The translations under genes and the position numbers were made by a program. Below are positions 1 through 8,723 of a DNA stretch of 64,000 nucleotides, piece after piece. Source of the stretch: an uncultured delta proteobacterium (GTDB lineage Bacteria > Myxococcota_A > Polyangia > Haliangiales > Haliangiaceae). The notes beneath the pieces are model-generated. The model saw only the letters and a program-made list of their open reading frames with translations, had not been told where the DNA came from and did not search any database. The stretch's first letter is position 1; each line of letters begins with the position of its first letter. The DNA lies in assembly GCA_963848295.1 (NCBI GenBank), contig CAWKDB010000002.1:384001-448000 (forward strand). Direction: 5' to 3'.

Positions 1-1
1 C

Positions 2-352
2 GGCCAGCGTTGTCGCAAGGCCGGCTTCGATTGGCCAGGCTGGGAAGGCTCGTTCGCCAAGGTCAAAGAAGAAGTCGCCGAGGTCGAAGCCGCGATCGGA
101 GAGCGCGACCAAGCGGCGATCCATGCGGAGGTCGGTGACCTGCTGCTCGCGACGGTGAATCTCGCTCGCAAGCTCGACGTCGACGCGGAAGCCGCGTTGC
201 TCGATGCGACCGCGAAGTTCCACCGTCGATTCGAGCAGGTCGAGGACAAGCTCGCGGCGCGCGGCAAGACACCGACGCAATCGAATCTCGATGAGATGGA
301 CGCGCTATGGAACGAGGTGAAGCGCGACGAGGCGGAAGCGCGACGAAAGTGA
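2..352 (+). CDS. mazG: Nucleoside triphosphate pyrophosphohydrolase MazG, C-terminal part (5'-truncated by window edge)
   Basis: Frame +2 reads GQRCRKAGFDWPGW...KVKEEVAEVEAAI...AEVGDLLLATVNLARKLDVDAEAAL...KFHRRFEQVE...LDEMDALWNEVK, typical of the second MazG domain. Confidence 0.9.
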   Translation, partial: GQRCRKAGFDWPGWEGSFAKVKEEVAEVEAAIGERDQAAIHAEVGDLLLATVNLARKLDVDAEAALLDATAKFHRRFEQVEDKLAARGKTPTQSNLDEMDALWNEVKRDEAEARRK

Positions 353-429
353 CGCTTTTTTGTGCACCCGCGATCGATTGGAGGCGTTCCCGTCGAGCGC
401 TGGACACAGGGGGGCGATCGGTCCGCAAC

Positions 430-438
430 TTATCCACA
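430..438 (+). promoter_or_regulatory. Single perfect DnaA box TTATCCACA upstream of the rpsT promoter
   Basis: Exact 9-mer match in a GC-rich context; only one clear copy. Confidence 0.4.
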
Positions 439-494
439 GAACCGGTGGGTACTCCCGCGGGACTCGTCCGAAAAACCCGTTCTGGACCGAAGGC

Positions 495-524
495 TTGACA
501 GGGTGTTCCTCGTCGCGGTAAACG
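495..524 (+). promoter_or_regulatory. Putative sigma70 promoter of rpsT
   Basis: TTGACA (495-500), 18 nt spacer, TAAACG; SD CAGGAG just upstream of the GTG at 551. Confidence 0.5.
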
Positions 525-550
525 CACGCTCCCCTCAGGAGCAATTGTCC

Positions 551-805
551 GTGGCCAATATCGCATCTGCCCAGAAGCAGAACCGCAAGATGATCAAGCA
601 CCGTGCGCGCAACCGCGCCGCGATGGCGTCGATTCGCACCGCCGTGAAGACCGCCCGCACCGCGGTTGATGGCAAGGCCGCCGAGGCCGCCGCGGCGATC
701 AAATCGGCCGTCGCGATGGTGGACTCGGCCGTTACCAAGGGCATCCTCAAGCGCCGCACGGCTTCGCGTTACGTTTCACGTCTCGTCACCCGCGCGAAAG
801 CCTAG
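551..805 (+). CDS. rpsT: 30S ribosomal protein S20
   Basis: (M)ANIASAQKQNRKMIKHRARNRAAMASIRTAVK...VDSAVTKGILKRRTASRYVSRL; GTG start with SD. Confidence 0.95.
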   Translation: MANIASAQKQNRKMIKHRARNRAAMASIRTAVKTARTAVDGKAAEAAAAIKSAVAMVDSAVTKGILKRRTASRYVSRLVTRAKA

Positions 806-2046
806 CTTCCGACATCGGGCGCCGACTCGGAGCTCGTCCGAGGTTGGCCACGCTCCCGATTGCTCGGCGATCCTTCGCGCAGCGCCCTGCGGATCAACTC
901 CTCGAGCGAAACACCAGGCGCGGCAGCGGACTCGACCATCCGCGACGCCGCCAGCCTCGGATACCCGAGCTGGATCAGAGCCTGTTTGGCCTCCGCCTTC
1001 ATGATGATGTGCCCGAACGTCGCGTGGCGCCGAACCGTGTGACCCACGGGGGTCGGAGCCGGGCCCACTTCGAGCTTCGATGCGGGCCCGGTCATCGTCA
1101 GCAGCCCCCGATGCAAAGCGCGATGATGATGACTGCACATCACGGCGAGGTTCTCTGCTGAGTGGTCGCCGCCGTCGGCGCGTTGCACGAGGTGATGGAC
1201 GTCGAGGAACCGAGAGGCGCGGCAGCCAGGCACGACGCACCGACCACGATCGCGGTGAAATACGAACTGGCGGGTCTTCGGCGTGATGTCTTGCGGGGCG
1301 CGGCGTTCTGCATCGATCCGTTGTGCGTCGCACTTGGCGCGCTCGACGTCGGCTCGATCGAGTGGGACGGTCCCGCCGCCGCCGTGCTGCGAGCCGCTCT
1401 CGCAGCGCGGGCATAACGTCACGCGGACCTGGAATTTCGCGCGGCCGTGGTCGCTCGGAGCCGGCGCGCCGAGCACGGCGTTGCACATCGCCTCGACGAG
1501 CGCGTCGTCGTCGAGCTGACCACCGTGCTCGTTCGCGAGCTGCTGCTGAGCTTGGCGGAGCAGCGCGAGCGTCGCCGGCCGGATCTTGAACGTCACGACG
1601 CGCGGCGCGAGGCTCGGATCGGGCGGGTCGCTCGGGCGATCACCGGGTCGATGCATCGCGACGAGCTCCTCGATCTCGCGCAGGTTCTTGTCGTGTGTCG
1701 CCGCGAGCCACTCGCGCTCCGTGTCGGCGGTCGCGACCCGCGTTAGCTCGCGGACCGCGGAGTAGCATTGTTCGCCGTGCTCGAGCGCCTGGCCGATCGC
1801 CGGTAACGCGTCGAGCGCGGTGGCGATGCGAACCCGTTCGCGTGCGGCGCGCGGGCCGTAGCCCAGCACGTCCTCTAGGTAGTCGTACAACGACGCCTTG
1901 CCCACGTACCGCCAGATCTGCGCCCGGTCCGCGCGCGCCAACAACGCCGCCTCTTCGCGATCGAGCACGCCTCGCCTCGTCGCGATCGCCCGCAACCCTC
2001 GATCGATCTCGCGCCACGCCTCGTACCTCCGAACAGCAGCCACCAT
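802..2046 (-). CDS. HNH endonuclease with long helical (DUF222-like) N-terminus and RuvA C-terminal-like domain
   Basis: RDRGRCVVPGC...LDVHHLVQRADGGDHSAENLAVMCSHHHRALH (HNH with Zn ligands); extra CPRC; tail AKQALIQLGYPRLAASRMV...LEELIRRAL resembles RuvA_C; ATG at 2046 with SD AAGGAGG. Confidence 0.85.
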   Translation of the reverse strand: MVAAVRRYEAWREIDRGLRAIATRRGVLDREEAALLARADRAQIWRYVGKASLYDYLEDVLGYGPRAARERVRIATALDALPAIGQALEHGEQCYSAVRELTRVATADTEREWLAATHDKNLREIEELVAMHRPGDRPSDPPDPSLAPRVVTFKIRPATLALLRQAQQQLANEHGGQLDDDALVEAMCNAVLGAPAPSDHGRAKFQVRVTLCPRCESGSQHGGGGTVPLDRADVERAKCDAQRIDAERRAPQDITPKTRQFVFHRDRGRCVVPGCRASRFLDVHHLVQRADGGDHSAENLAVMCSHHHRALHRGLLTMTGPASKLEVGPAPTPVGHTVRRHATFGHIIMKAEAKQALIQLGYPRLAASRMVESAAAPGVSLEELIRRALREGSPSNRERGQPRTSSESAPDVGS

Positions 2047-2072
2047 GACACCCTCCTTGCATTGGTTTGATC

Positions 2073-2094
2073 GTTCTAACAACACGGTCTGACA
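2073..2094 (-). promoter_or_regulatory. TGTCAG-N10-TAGAAC motif resembling the PafBC/RecA-NDp DNA-damage promoter
   Basis: Minus strand TGTCAG ACCGTGTTGT TAGAAC upstream of the HNH gene; actinobacterial consensus is TGTCGG-N10-TA-N3-T. Confidence 0.4.
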
Positions 2095-2142
2095 CCCTCG
2101 GTCGCTCCCGACGAGAAGAAAGGACGACCCGTGGATCGCGGA

Positions 2143-2829
2143 TCAATCGCTGCGGATCGAAGTAACCCGCAGCGCGGAGCCCGGGAAGCACACATCGGTA
2201 TCAACGCAACACGTGCCAGTGACCTGCTCGAGGTCGACCCCAACACCGAACTCCAGCGGCTCGAGACTGCTGCCAGTCCCAGAAAGATCGATGCCTACCG
2301 CGCCAGCGTTCGTCTCCGCGCTTTTCATCGCGTCGATCGAGACCCCGCATCGCCACGCCTGCACGTTGCGCCGCTCTCCCGACGACTGCTGGATCCCTCC
2401 GACCGAACCGCCGCAACGCATCCCGTAGACAGATCCGAGCTCGTAAGCGGGGACCTCCGAGCTCACACATTCGAGCCCGCGCAAGGCGCCAGAACCGGAG
2501 AGCCACATCCGATCGCCGTGCCAGGTCACGGCAAAGACTTCGCGCGAGGGCGCCGCATCCGAGAGCCAATGCCCTCGATCGAGCCTGTAGCTCTGCGTGG
2601 TGAGCACCGCCACCGCGCCAGCACGCCGGAGCGTGTACACGTCGCGAAAGACGTCGGGTTTCGGCCGATCGTGGGTGCCGGTAACGTTGACGTGCGTGCT
2701 CGTGTACCGAGACACCGCCGGATCGAGTGGATGCGCCGCGCTTGCCGGAACGATGGCCGTGAGTCCATGAACCGCCGGGACATCTCCGCCGCCGCAGCCC
2801 GCGACCGCTACCAATGCAATCAGTCGCAT
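2143..2829 (-). CDS. Hypothetical lipoprotein
   Basis: MRLIALVAVAGC lipobox-like start; Cys-containing mature region with no recognisable family. Confidence 0.6.
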   Translation of the reverse strand: MRLIALVAVAGCGGGDVPAVHGLTAIVPASAAHPLDPAVSRYTSTHVNVTGTHDRPKPDVFRDVYTLRRAGAVAVLTTQSYRLDRGHWLSDAAPSREVFAVTWHGDRMWLSGSGALRGLECVSSEVPAYELGSVYGMRCGGSVGGIQQSSGERRNVQAWRCGVSIDAMKSAETNAGAVGIDLSGTGSSLEPLEFGVGVDLEQVTGTCCVDTDVCFPGSALRVTSIRSD

Positions 2830-2855
2830 CCGCGCCGTCAAACGACCCACGTGGG

Positions 2856-4226
2856 TCAATTCTCGCCGTCGTCGTCGCTGCCGGCTGCGCTGATCCCGTA
2901 CTTGCGCAACAACTTGTGCAGGTACTTGCGGTCCATGTCGGCGTCGCGCGCGGCCTTCGAGATGTTGCCCTCGGCGCGCTTGATCAGCCACGCAAGGTAG
3001 CGGCGCTCGAACAGCTCGTTCCATTTCTCTTTCGTGTCGCGGAACGACTCGCCCGGTTCAAACTCGACCGCGTCGCGGAGCTGAATGCCCTTGGCGGGGC
3101 CGGCGTCGTTGCCGAGCGGCGCGACCAGCATCCCGGGGTCGCCGCCGAGCGCGAGTGCCCTCTCGATCACGTTGCGGAGCTCGCGCACATTGCCCGGCCA
3201 GTCGTGCGCCATCAGGGCGGCGCGCGTCGATTCGGCCAGAGCCGTCACGCCCTCGGGCGACAGCTTGCGCATGATGCTGTCGATCAGCAGCGGGATGTCT
3301 TCGCGGCGTTCGCGCAGGGCCGGCGCGGTGATCGGCACGACGTTGAGTCGGAAGTACAAGTCCTCGCGGAACTTGCCCTTCTCGACCTCGGACCGCAGAT
3401 CCTTGCGGGTCGCAGCGATGACCCGGAGATCGACCTTGAGCGTCTTGGCGCCGCCGACGCGGCGGAACTCGCGTTGCTCGAGCACGCGTAACAGCTTCGG
3501 TTGGAGGTCGAGAGACAGCTCGCCGAGCTCGTCGAGGAAGACCGTGCCGCCGCTAGCGAGCTCGAACGCGCCTTGCCGGGCGTTGACCGCGCCGGTGAAT
3601 GCGCCCTTCTCGTGGCCGAACAGCTCGCTCTCGATCAGCGTGCCGGCGACCGCGCCACAGTCGACGACAATGAACGGCTTGTCGCCGCGCGGCGACAGCT
3701 GGTGCAGCGTGCGCGCGATCATGTCCTTGCCCGTGCCGGTCTCGCCTTCGATCAGCACGGTCGCATCGGTTGGCGCGATCTTCTCGACCAGGCCGAAGAT
3801 CTCGCGCATCGCGGACGACTTGCCGACCATCTCGCCGAGCGCCTCCTTCTCGGACGGCATGATCTCGATGCGCTCTTCGAACGGCGTGAACTTGATCTCG
3901 GTGGCGCCGACCGCGATGACCGAGCCGGCGCGCAGGTAAGCCTCTTTGACCTCGGCGCTGTCGAGGAACGTGCCGTTGGTCGATTTGAGATCGCGCACGA
4001 GGTAGCCCTTCGCGTCGCGCGCGATCTCGAAGTGCACGCGCGACACCGTCTCGTCAGCGAGCACGAGGTCGTTCTCCGGCGCCTTGCCGATCCGGATGAC
4101 ATCGCCAGCGATCAGGAACTCGGTCCCCCGCTGTGGGCCCTTGATCACGACGAGCTTGCAGCGGCGCAGGTTGACGGTCGCTGGCGTCGCCTCTCGGCGG
4201 ATCCGCGTCCCCGTCAAGTGCTCCAT
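2856..4226 (-). CDS. FHA-domain sigma54-dependent transcriptional activator (bEBP)
   Basis: FHA (IGKAPEND...VSRVH...DLKSTNGT), AAA+ [30 protein letters not shown], Fis-type [24 protein letters not shown]; start uncertain (4226-4253). Confidence 0.95.
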   Translation of the reverse strand: MEHLTGTRIRREATPATVNLRRCKLVVIKGPQRGTEFLIAGDVIRIGKAPENDLVLADETVSRVHFEIARDAKGYLVRDLKSTNGTFLDSAEVKEAYLRAGSVIAVGATEIKFTPFEERIEIMPSEKEALGEMVGKSSAMREIFGLVEKIAPTDATVLIEGETGTGKDMIARTLHQLSPRGDKPFIVVDCGAVAGTLIESELFGHEKGAFTGAVNARQGAFELASGGTVFLDELGELSLDLQPKLLRVLEQREFRRVGGAKTLKVDLRVIAATRKDLRSEVEKGKFREDLYFRLNVVPITAPALRERREDIPLLIDSIMRKLSPEGVTALAESTRAALMAHDWPGNVRELRNVIERALALGGDPGMLVAPLGNDAGPAKGIQLRDAVEFEPGESFRDTKEKWNELFERRYLAWLIKRAEGNISKAARDADMDRKYLHKLLRKYGISAAGSDDDGEN

Positions 4227-4329
4227 CACGGGAATCGTATCACGCCACGTCAACTAGCCCCGATCGCTCAAGCTGCTTCGCGGCCTCGACTTGTTGTGCT
4301 CGGAGCGACAACGAAATACCTTTTAGCTG

Positions 4330-5031
4330 GTGCTGCGCATCTACGGGGTACTGGCGAGCTGTGCGCTCGCATTGTTCTGCCTGTGCGGCGTCGCGCGTGC
4401 ACAGCCGGCGACGCCGGCCAAGCCGTCGGATGCCCCGTTGCCGTCGTGCCTCGATCAGACGCTCGCCGGCGAGCTCGGCTCGACCCTGAAGCCGCGTGGC
4501 GTGCAGAAGCGCATCTTCCGCAAGAAGGGCAACTTCGTCCTCGTCGTGCACGGCGGGTTGTACGGCGGCGACCTGACGTCGTCGAGTTGGTTCGCCGGCG
4601 GCTCGCTCGGCTACTTCTTCACCGAGGACTTCGGCATTCAGGCCGAGTTCGATCTGACGCCGATGCAGCTCGATCTCGACGCGCCGATCAACCAGTTCTT
4701 CGGCGATAGCCGGTTCGTTCCGGCGATGGCGTACGTCGCCCTCGGCAACCTCATCTGGTCGCCGATCCACGCGAAGCTCAAGCTCGGCGGCGGCATCGTC
4801 CATGCCGACATCATGCTGTTCGCCGGTGGCGGGCGAATGTTCCACGACGCGGTCCAAGGCCTGTCGTTCGACGCCGGCACCGCGCTCGACCTGTTCGTCA
4901 CCAACTGGGTGACGATTCGCTTCGACGTCCGCGACCTGACCGCGGTCGAGGATATCGCCGGCGAGTCGCGGTTCACCAATAATCTGATCGCCACCGCCGG
5001 GCTCGCGTTCTGGATCGGACCGAAACCATGA
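4330..5031 (+). CDS. Outer-membrane beta-barrel protein, GltA/NfsA-like
   Basis: Signal peptide; [11 protein letters not shown]...[10 protein letters not shown]...[11 protein letters not shown] amphipathic strands; first gene of Glt-like cluster. Confidence 0.7.
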   Translation: MLRIYGVLASCALALFCLCGVARAQPATPAKPSDAPLPSCLDQTLAGELGSTLKPRGVQKRIFRKKGNFVLVVHGGLYGGDLTSSSWFAGGSLGYFFTEDFGIQAEFDLTPMQLDLDAPINQFFGDSRFVPAMAYVALGNLIWSPIHAKLKLGGGIVHADIMLFAGGGRMFHDAVQGLSFDAGTALDLFVTNWVTIRFDVRDLTAVEDIAGESRFTNNLIATAGLAFWIGPKP

Positions 5032-5843
5032 CCGCACGGATCCTGATCGTGCTCGCGCTTGTCGCCGCGGTCCGCGTCGCACACGCCGATGGACACTGCC
5101 CCGGGCCGGTGACGGTGGCCGCTGACGACGACTCGCCGCAAAAGAAGAAGATCAACCACGCGAAGGACAGCGACAAGACGCCTGCTGACCAGGCCGACAA
5201 GCCCGACGCGAAGCAACCCGACGACGCCGAGAAGCCGCCCGGGTCGACCGCGATGTGCATCGACCAAGCGATCGCGGATCGGCTGGCGCTCAAGCGCAAG
5301 CGGCGCGGCGCCGTCGACCGCTTGTTCGTGAAGCAGGGCCGGCACGAGATTTCGGTCGGCGGCGGCTACTACGCGAGCGATCTACTGTCTGCGACCTACC
5401 TCGTCACCGCGTCGTACACGTATCACATGACCGACGAGACCGCGGTCGAGTTCGGCGGCGCGTACACGCACGCCAACGCGGACATCATTCGCGCGCTCGA
5501 GATCACGCATAGCGTCGTGCTGACCGATACGTACGCGCCGGAGTACTTCGTGGAGTCGTTGCTCGTGTGGAGCCCGGTGTATGGCAAGCTGCGCTTAGGT
5601 GGCTCGATCGTCCACTTCGACCTTCACGCCGACGCTGGCGTCGGTGTGATCGACTCCAAGACGAGCCGCGGCGCGTCCGGCGTCGTCGGTTTCGGGATTA
5701 GACTCTTCATGGGCCAAGCGCTCGCGTTTCGCGTCGACCTACGCAACCGAACGTTCCGCCAAGAGCTCCTCGACGAGCGCTTCCTGGTTAACGACAGCGC
5801 GATCACAGCGAGCCTGTCGGTGTTTTTGCCATTCCACAACTAG
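5028..5843 (+). CDS. Outer-membrane beta-barrel protein, GltA/GltB (NfsA/B)-like
   Basis: [16 protein letters not shown]...[12 protein letters not shown]...[20 protein letters not shown]; paralogous to the upstream gene; ATGA overlap. Confidence 0.7.
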   Translation: MTARILIVLALVAAVRVAHADGHCPGPVTVAADDDSPQKKKINHAKDSDKTPADQADKPDAKQPDDAEKPPGSTAMCIDQAIADRLALKRKRRGAVDRLFVKQGRHEISVGGGYYASDLLSATYLVTASYTYHMTDETAVEFGGAYTHANADIIRALEITHSVVLTDTYAPEYFVESLLVWSPVYGKLRLGGSIVHFDLHADAGVGVIDSKTSRGASGVVGFGIRLFMGQALAFRVDLRNRTFRQELLDERFLVNDSAITASLSVFLPFHN

Positions 5844-5886
5844 TTGGCGCTTTCGCGCCCGCACGTCACCTTCGGAGAACGCCCAG

Positions 5887-6693
5887 ATGCCCGCCTTTCG
5901 CCGCGCCGTCCTGCTTGCGCTCATCCCGGCCGTCGCGCTGGCTGCTCCCAGAAGGAAAAAGCCGCCGAAGGAAACGCCGAAGCCCGCGGATTCCGGCAAA
6001 GGCAGCGACAACAGCGCCGACGCACCGCCCGACAAAGATGCGGCGGGCGGCGGTGGCGGCGGCAGCGCGAGCGCGAGCGGCAACGGCGGTGGCACCGGCA
6101 GCGACGCGACAACGCCTCCGACCGAGCCGGCGAAAGACGTCGCGACCGACAAAGACAAGCCGACCGGCAACGAGCCCGATGTCGATGCGCTGCGCCAGGA
6201 GTACTTTTCGCTGCGCGACGAGCTGTTCAAGTCGCGCGCGCGGGCCAACGCGGTCGCGAGCGCGTTGTACTCGACGCGCGTCCAGATCCGGTTCTCGTGG
6301 GCCTCGACGCGCTACTACGGCGTGTCGAAGGCGTCGATCCGGCTCGACGGTGCGAACGTGTTCGAGGACACCTCTGGCGCGATCGGCGGCGACGACGGCG
6401 TTCGGTTCGACGGCTACGTCGCGCCTGGCAAGCACCTCGTGACATTCCACGTCGAGGCGAGCGGCAAGGACGACGACTCGTTCACGTCGAGCACCGAGGC
6501 GCAGATCGTCATCAAGGCGGTCGCCGGCAAGGACCTGCTGGTCGCGGCGAAGGCGAAGGACGCCGGCGACATCGCGTACGAGTGGAAGCGCAAGGAGAAG
6601 GGCACTTATGGCTTGGGCATCGACGTCGGCGTCAAGACCGTCGCGCGCGCCCCCGATGCGGGCGGTACGGCGCCGGCGAAGAAGGCCAAGTGA
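5887..6693 (+). CDS. Secreted hypothetical protein (low-complexity linker, coiled coil, beta-rich domain) inside the Glt-like operon
   Basis: Signal peptide, G/P/D-rich linker, [25 protein letters not shown] helix, then beta-strand-rich region. Confidence 0.75.
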   Translation: MPAFRRAVLLALIPAVALAAPRRKKPPKETPKPADSGKGSDNSADAPPDKDAAGGGGGGSASASGNGGGTGSDATTPPTEPAKDVATDKDKPTGNEPDVDALRQEYFSLRDELFKSRARANAVASALYSTRVQIRFSWASTRYYGVSKASIRLDGANVFEDTSGAIGGDDGVRFDGYVAPGKHLVTFHVEASGKDDDSFTSSTEAQIVIKAVAGKDLLVAAKAKDAGDIAYEWKRKEKGTYGLGIDVGVKTVARAPDAGGTAPAKKAK

Positions 6694-8723
6694 TGCTCCG
6701 CCGCCTGCTCGCGATCGCTGCGACGGCGCTGTGTGCGAATAGCGCGGCCTACGCGAAAGCCGGCGATCCGAAAGCCGACGCACACGACGCCAAGGCCGAG
6801 CCCGAAGCGAAACCGGCCGGCGATGACCCGCTCGCGAAGTACTTCTCCGAGTTGGTCAACCTCAAGCTGATCGACGTCGAGAGCGGCAACATCGAGTCGC
6901 TGCGCCGCGAATTACAAGTCGCCGAGACACTGCTGCGCGACGGCGCGTTCACGAACGCGGCGGTGGCGCTCTACGCGATCGTCAAGTCGCCCCGCTACAG
7001 CGCGTTTACCGACTTCGTCGAGTATCAGAACGCCGAGTACGATCTGGCGGTCGCGCTCGCCCGCGCGGGCAGCTACGGCGCGGCGCTGGAAGAGATCGAC
7101 GACATCTTGCGCCGCGGACCAGCGGCGCCGTACTGGGGCCCAGCCCACCGCCGCGCGGTCGATATCGCGATCGAGACGCGTGATCACGCGGGCGTGCTCG
7201 CCCGGCTCGAAGCGATCAAGACGACCGATCCGATTCCGCCATCGGCCGCCGGCGAGCGCAGCTACCTCCGCGGCCGCGCGTTCTACGACGCAGGCAAGCT
7301 CGCCGACGCCGAGGGCGAGCTCGTGCTGATCTCGAAGAAGAGCCGGCTCTACTCGTCGGCGGTGTATCTGCGAGGCGTGATCAAAGCGCGGCGCGGCGAT
7401 CTCAAGGAATCGGCCGAGGCGATGTGTGAGATCGCCGCGACGCCGGACGACGACAAGTACTCGTTCGTCGTCGATGATCGCTACTTCACGATCAAGGATC
7501 TCGCGCGCCTCGGCCTCGGCCGGATCGCCCACGAGAACGGCGAATACGACGACGCCTACTACCACTACTTTCAGATCCCGGACGACTCGCCGTACCTGCC
7601 CGACGCGCTGTTCGAGGCGTCGTGGAGCATGTATCAGAAGCGCGAGCTCGATACGTCGCGCGACCTCGTCAAGGAGTTCTTGAAGACGTTCCCGACGTCG
7701 CCGCTGTGGCCCGAGGCGAGCCTGTTGTCGGGCTACGTCGAGCTCGCGGACTGCAAGTTCGATGCGTCGCGCCGCAGCTACGACGCGCTGATCGCGCGAC
7801 TCCAACCGATCGTCGACGAGATCGACAAGATCAAGCGCGATCCGGCGCTGCGCCGCCAACTGTTCGACAAGGCGCTGACCCGGTTTCACGAGGTCAAGAG
7901 CTCGGGCGAGCTCGATGGCAAAAAGCCGGGCACGCAGATCGCGCCGACTCCGTTCGACGACGTGCTCGGCCTGTTGAAGCTCCACCCCGAGTTCATTCGC
8001 CTCGCCGAAGCGGTCACCGGCTCGCACGAGCTCGCGGACTCCGCGCCGAGCGTGACCCGTGCCTGGCAGAACCTCGCCGCGCAGATCGCCGAGGAGCACA
8101 TCTCGAAGGTCGCGACCGACAAGACGCTCGAGCAGGAGCAACTCGCGGATGCGAGCTCGGTCCTCGAGGACTATCGCCGGCTAGCCGCCCAGATCGCCGC
8201 GAGCAAAGACGAGCTCGCGCGCGGCAAGCGCGAGAACCTCGTGCCCGAAGACGTCGCGGCGGACGAGACCAAGCGGCTCGACGAGCTCGCCGCGAAGGTC
8301 GCGACCGCGCAGAAGACCGCGCTCGCGGCGACCGACGCAGCCGCCGCCGCGGTCGCCGAGAAAGCGACGCCGGGCCTGCGGCCGTTGATCCAGGCCGACA
8401 TCGCCGACGCGCGCCGCCTCGATCGCGCCGCCCACGAGATGTCCGAGCACCTCGACGTGGCCGGCGAGCAGCTGTCGCAGCACGCGGTCGACCAGCTCTA
8501 CGACGAAACCAAGCGCGTGCTCGACAAGGCAAAGCTCGGCCGAATCGACTCGGTCATCGGCCAGAAGCGCAAGCTCGACATCGAAGTCCAAGACCTCGCC
8601 GCCGGCCGGTTCCCCGAGGAGCTGATCGGCCGGATGTGGAACGCCAGCATGATCGGCGATGACGAGGAGTACTGGCCGTTTCAGGGTGAGTTCTGGGCCG
8701 ATGAATATGAGGGGTTCAGATGA
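6693..8723 (+). CDS. Periplasmic TPR protein, GltC/NfsC-like
   Basis: Start [10 protein letters not shown] overlaps upstream TGA; TPR repeats, LARLGLGRI...DALFEASW, C-terminal [15 protein letters not shown] typical of the GltC family. Confidence 0.75.
   Translation: MLRRLLAIAATALCANSAAYAKAGDPKADAHDAKAEPEAKPAGDDPLAKYFSELVNLKLIDVESGNIESLRRELQVAETLLRDGAFTNAAVALYAIVKSPRYSAFTDFVEYQNAEYDLAVALARAGSYGAALEEIDDILRRGPAAPYWGPAHRRAVDIAIETRDHAGVLARLEAIKTTDPIPPSAAGERSYLRGRAFYDAGKLADAEGELVLISKKSRLYSSAVYLRGVIKARRGDLKESAEAMCEIAATPDDDKYSFVVDDRYFTIKDLARLGLGRIAHENGEYDDAYYHYFQIPDDSPYLPDALFEASWSMYQKRELDTSRDLVKEFLKTFPTSPLWPEASLLSGYVELADCKFDASRRSYDALIARLQPIVDEIDKIKRDPALRRQLFDKALTRFHEVKSSGELDGKKPGTQIAPTPFDDVLGLLKLHPEFIRLAEAVTGSHELADSAPSVTRAWQNLAAQIAEEHISKVATDKTLEQEQLADASSVLEDYRRLAAQIAASKDELARGKRENLVPEDVAADETKRLDELAAKVATAQKTALAATDAAAAAVAEKATPGLRPLIQADIADARRLDRAAHEMSEHLDVAGEQLSQHAVDQLYDETKRVLDKAKLGRIDSVIGQKRKLDIEVQDLAAGRFPEELIGRMWNASMIGDDEEYWPFQGEFWADEYEGFR

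Noticed and set aside
353..550. Replication origin
   Set aside because: One DnaA box, no AT-rich unwinding element, no dnaA/dnaN nearby
2062..2080. LexA box upstream of the HNH gene
   Set aside because: Only a GTTC/GAAC half-site matches
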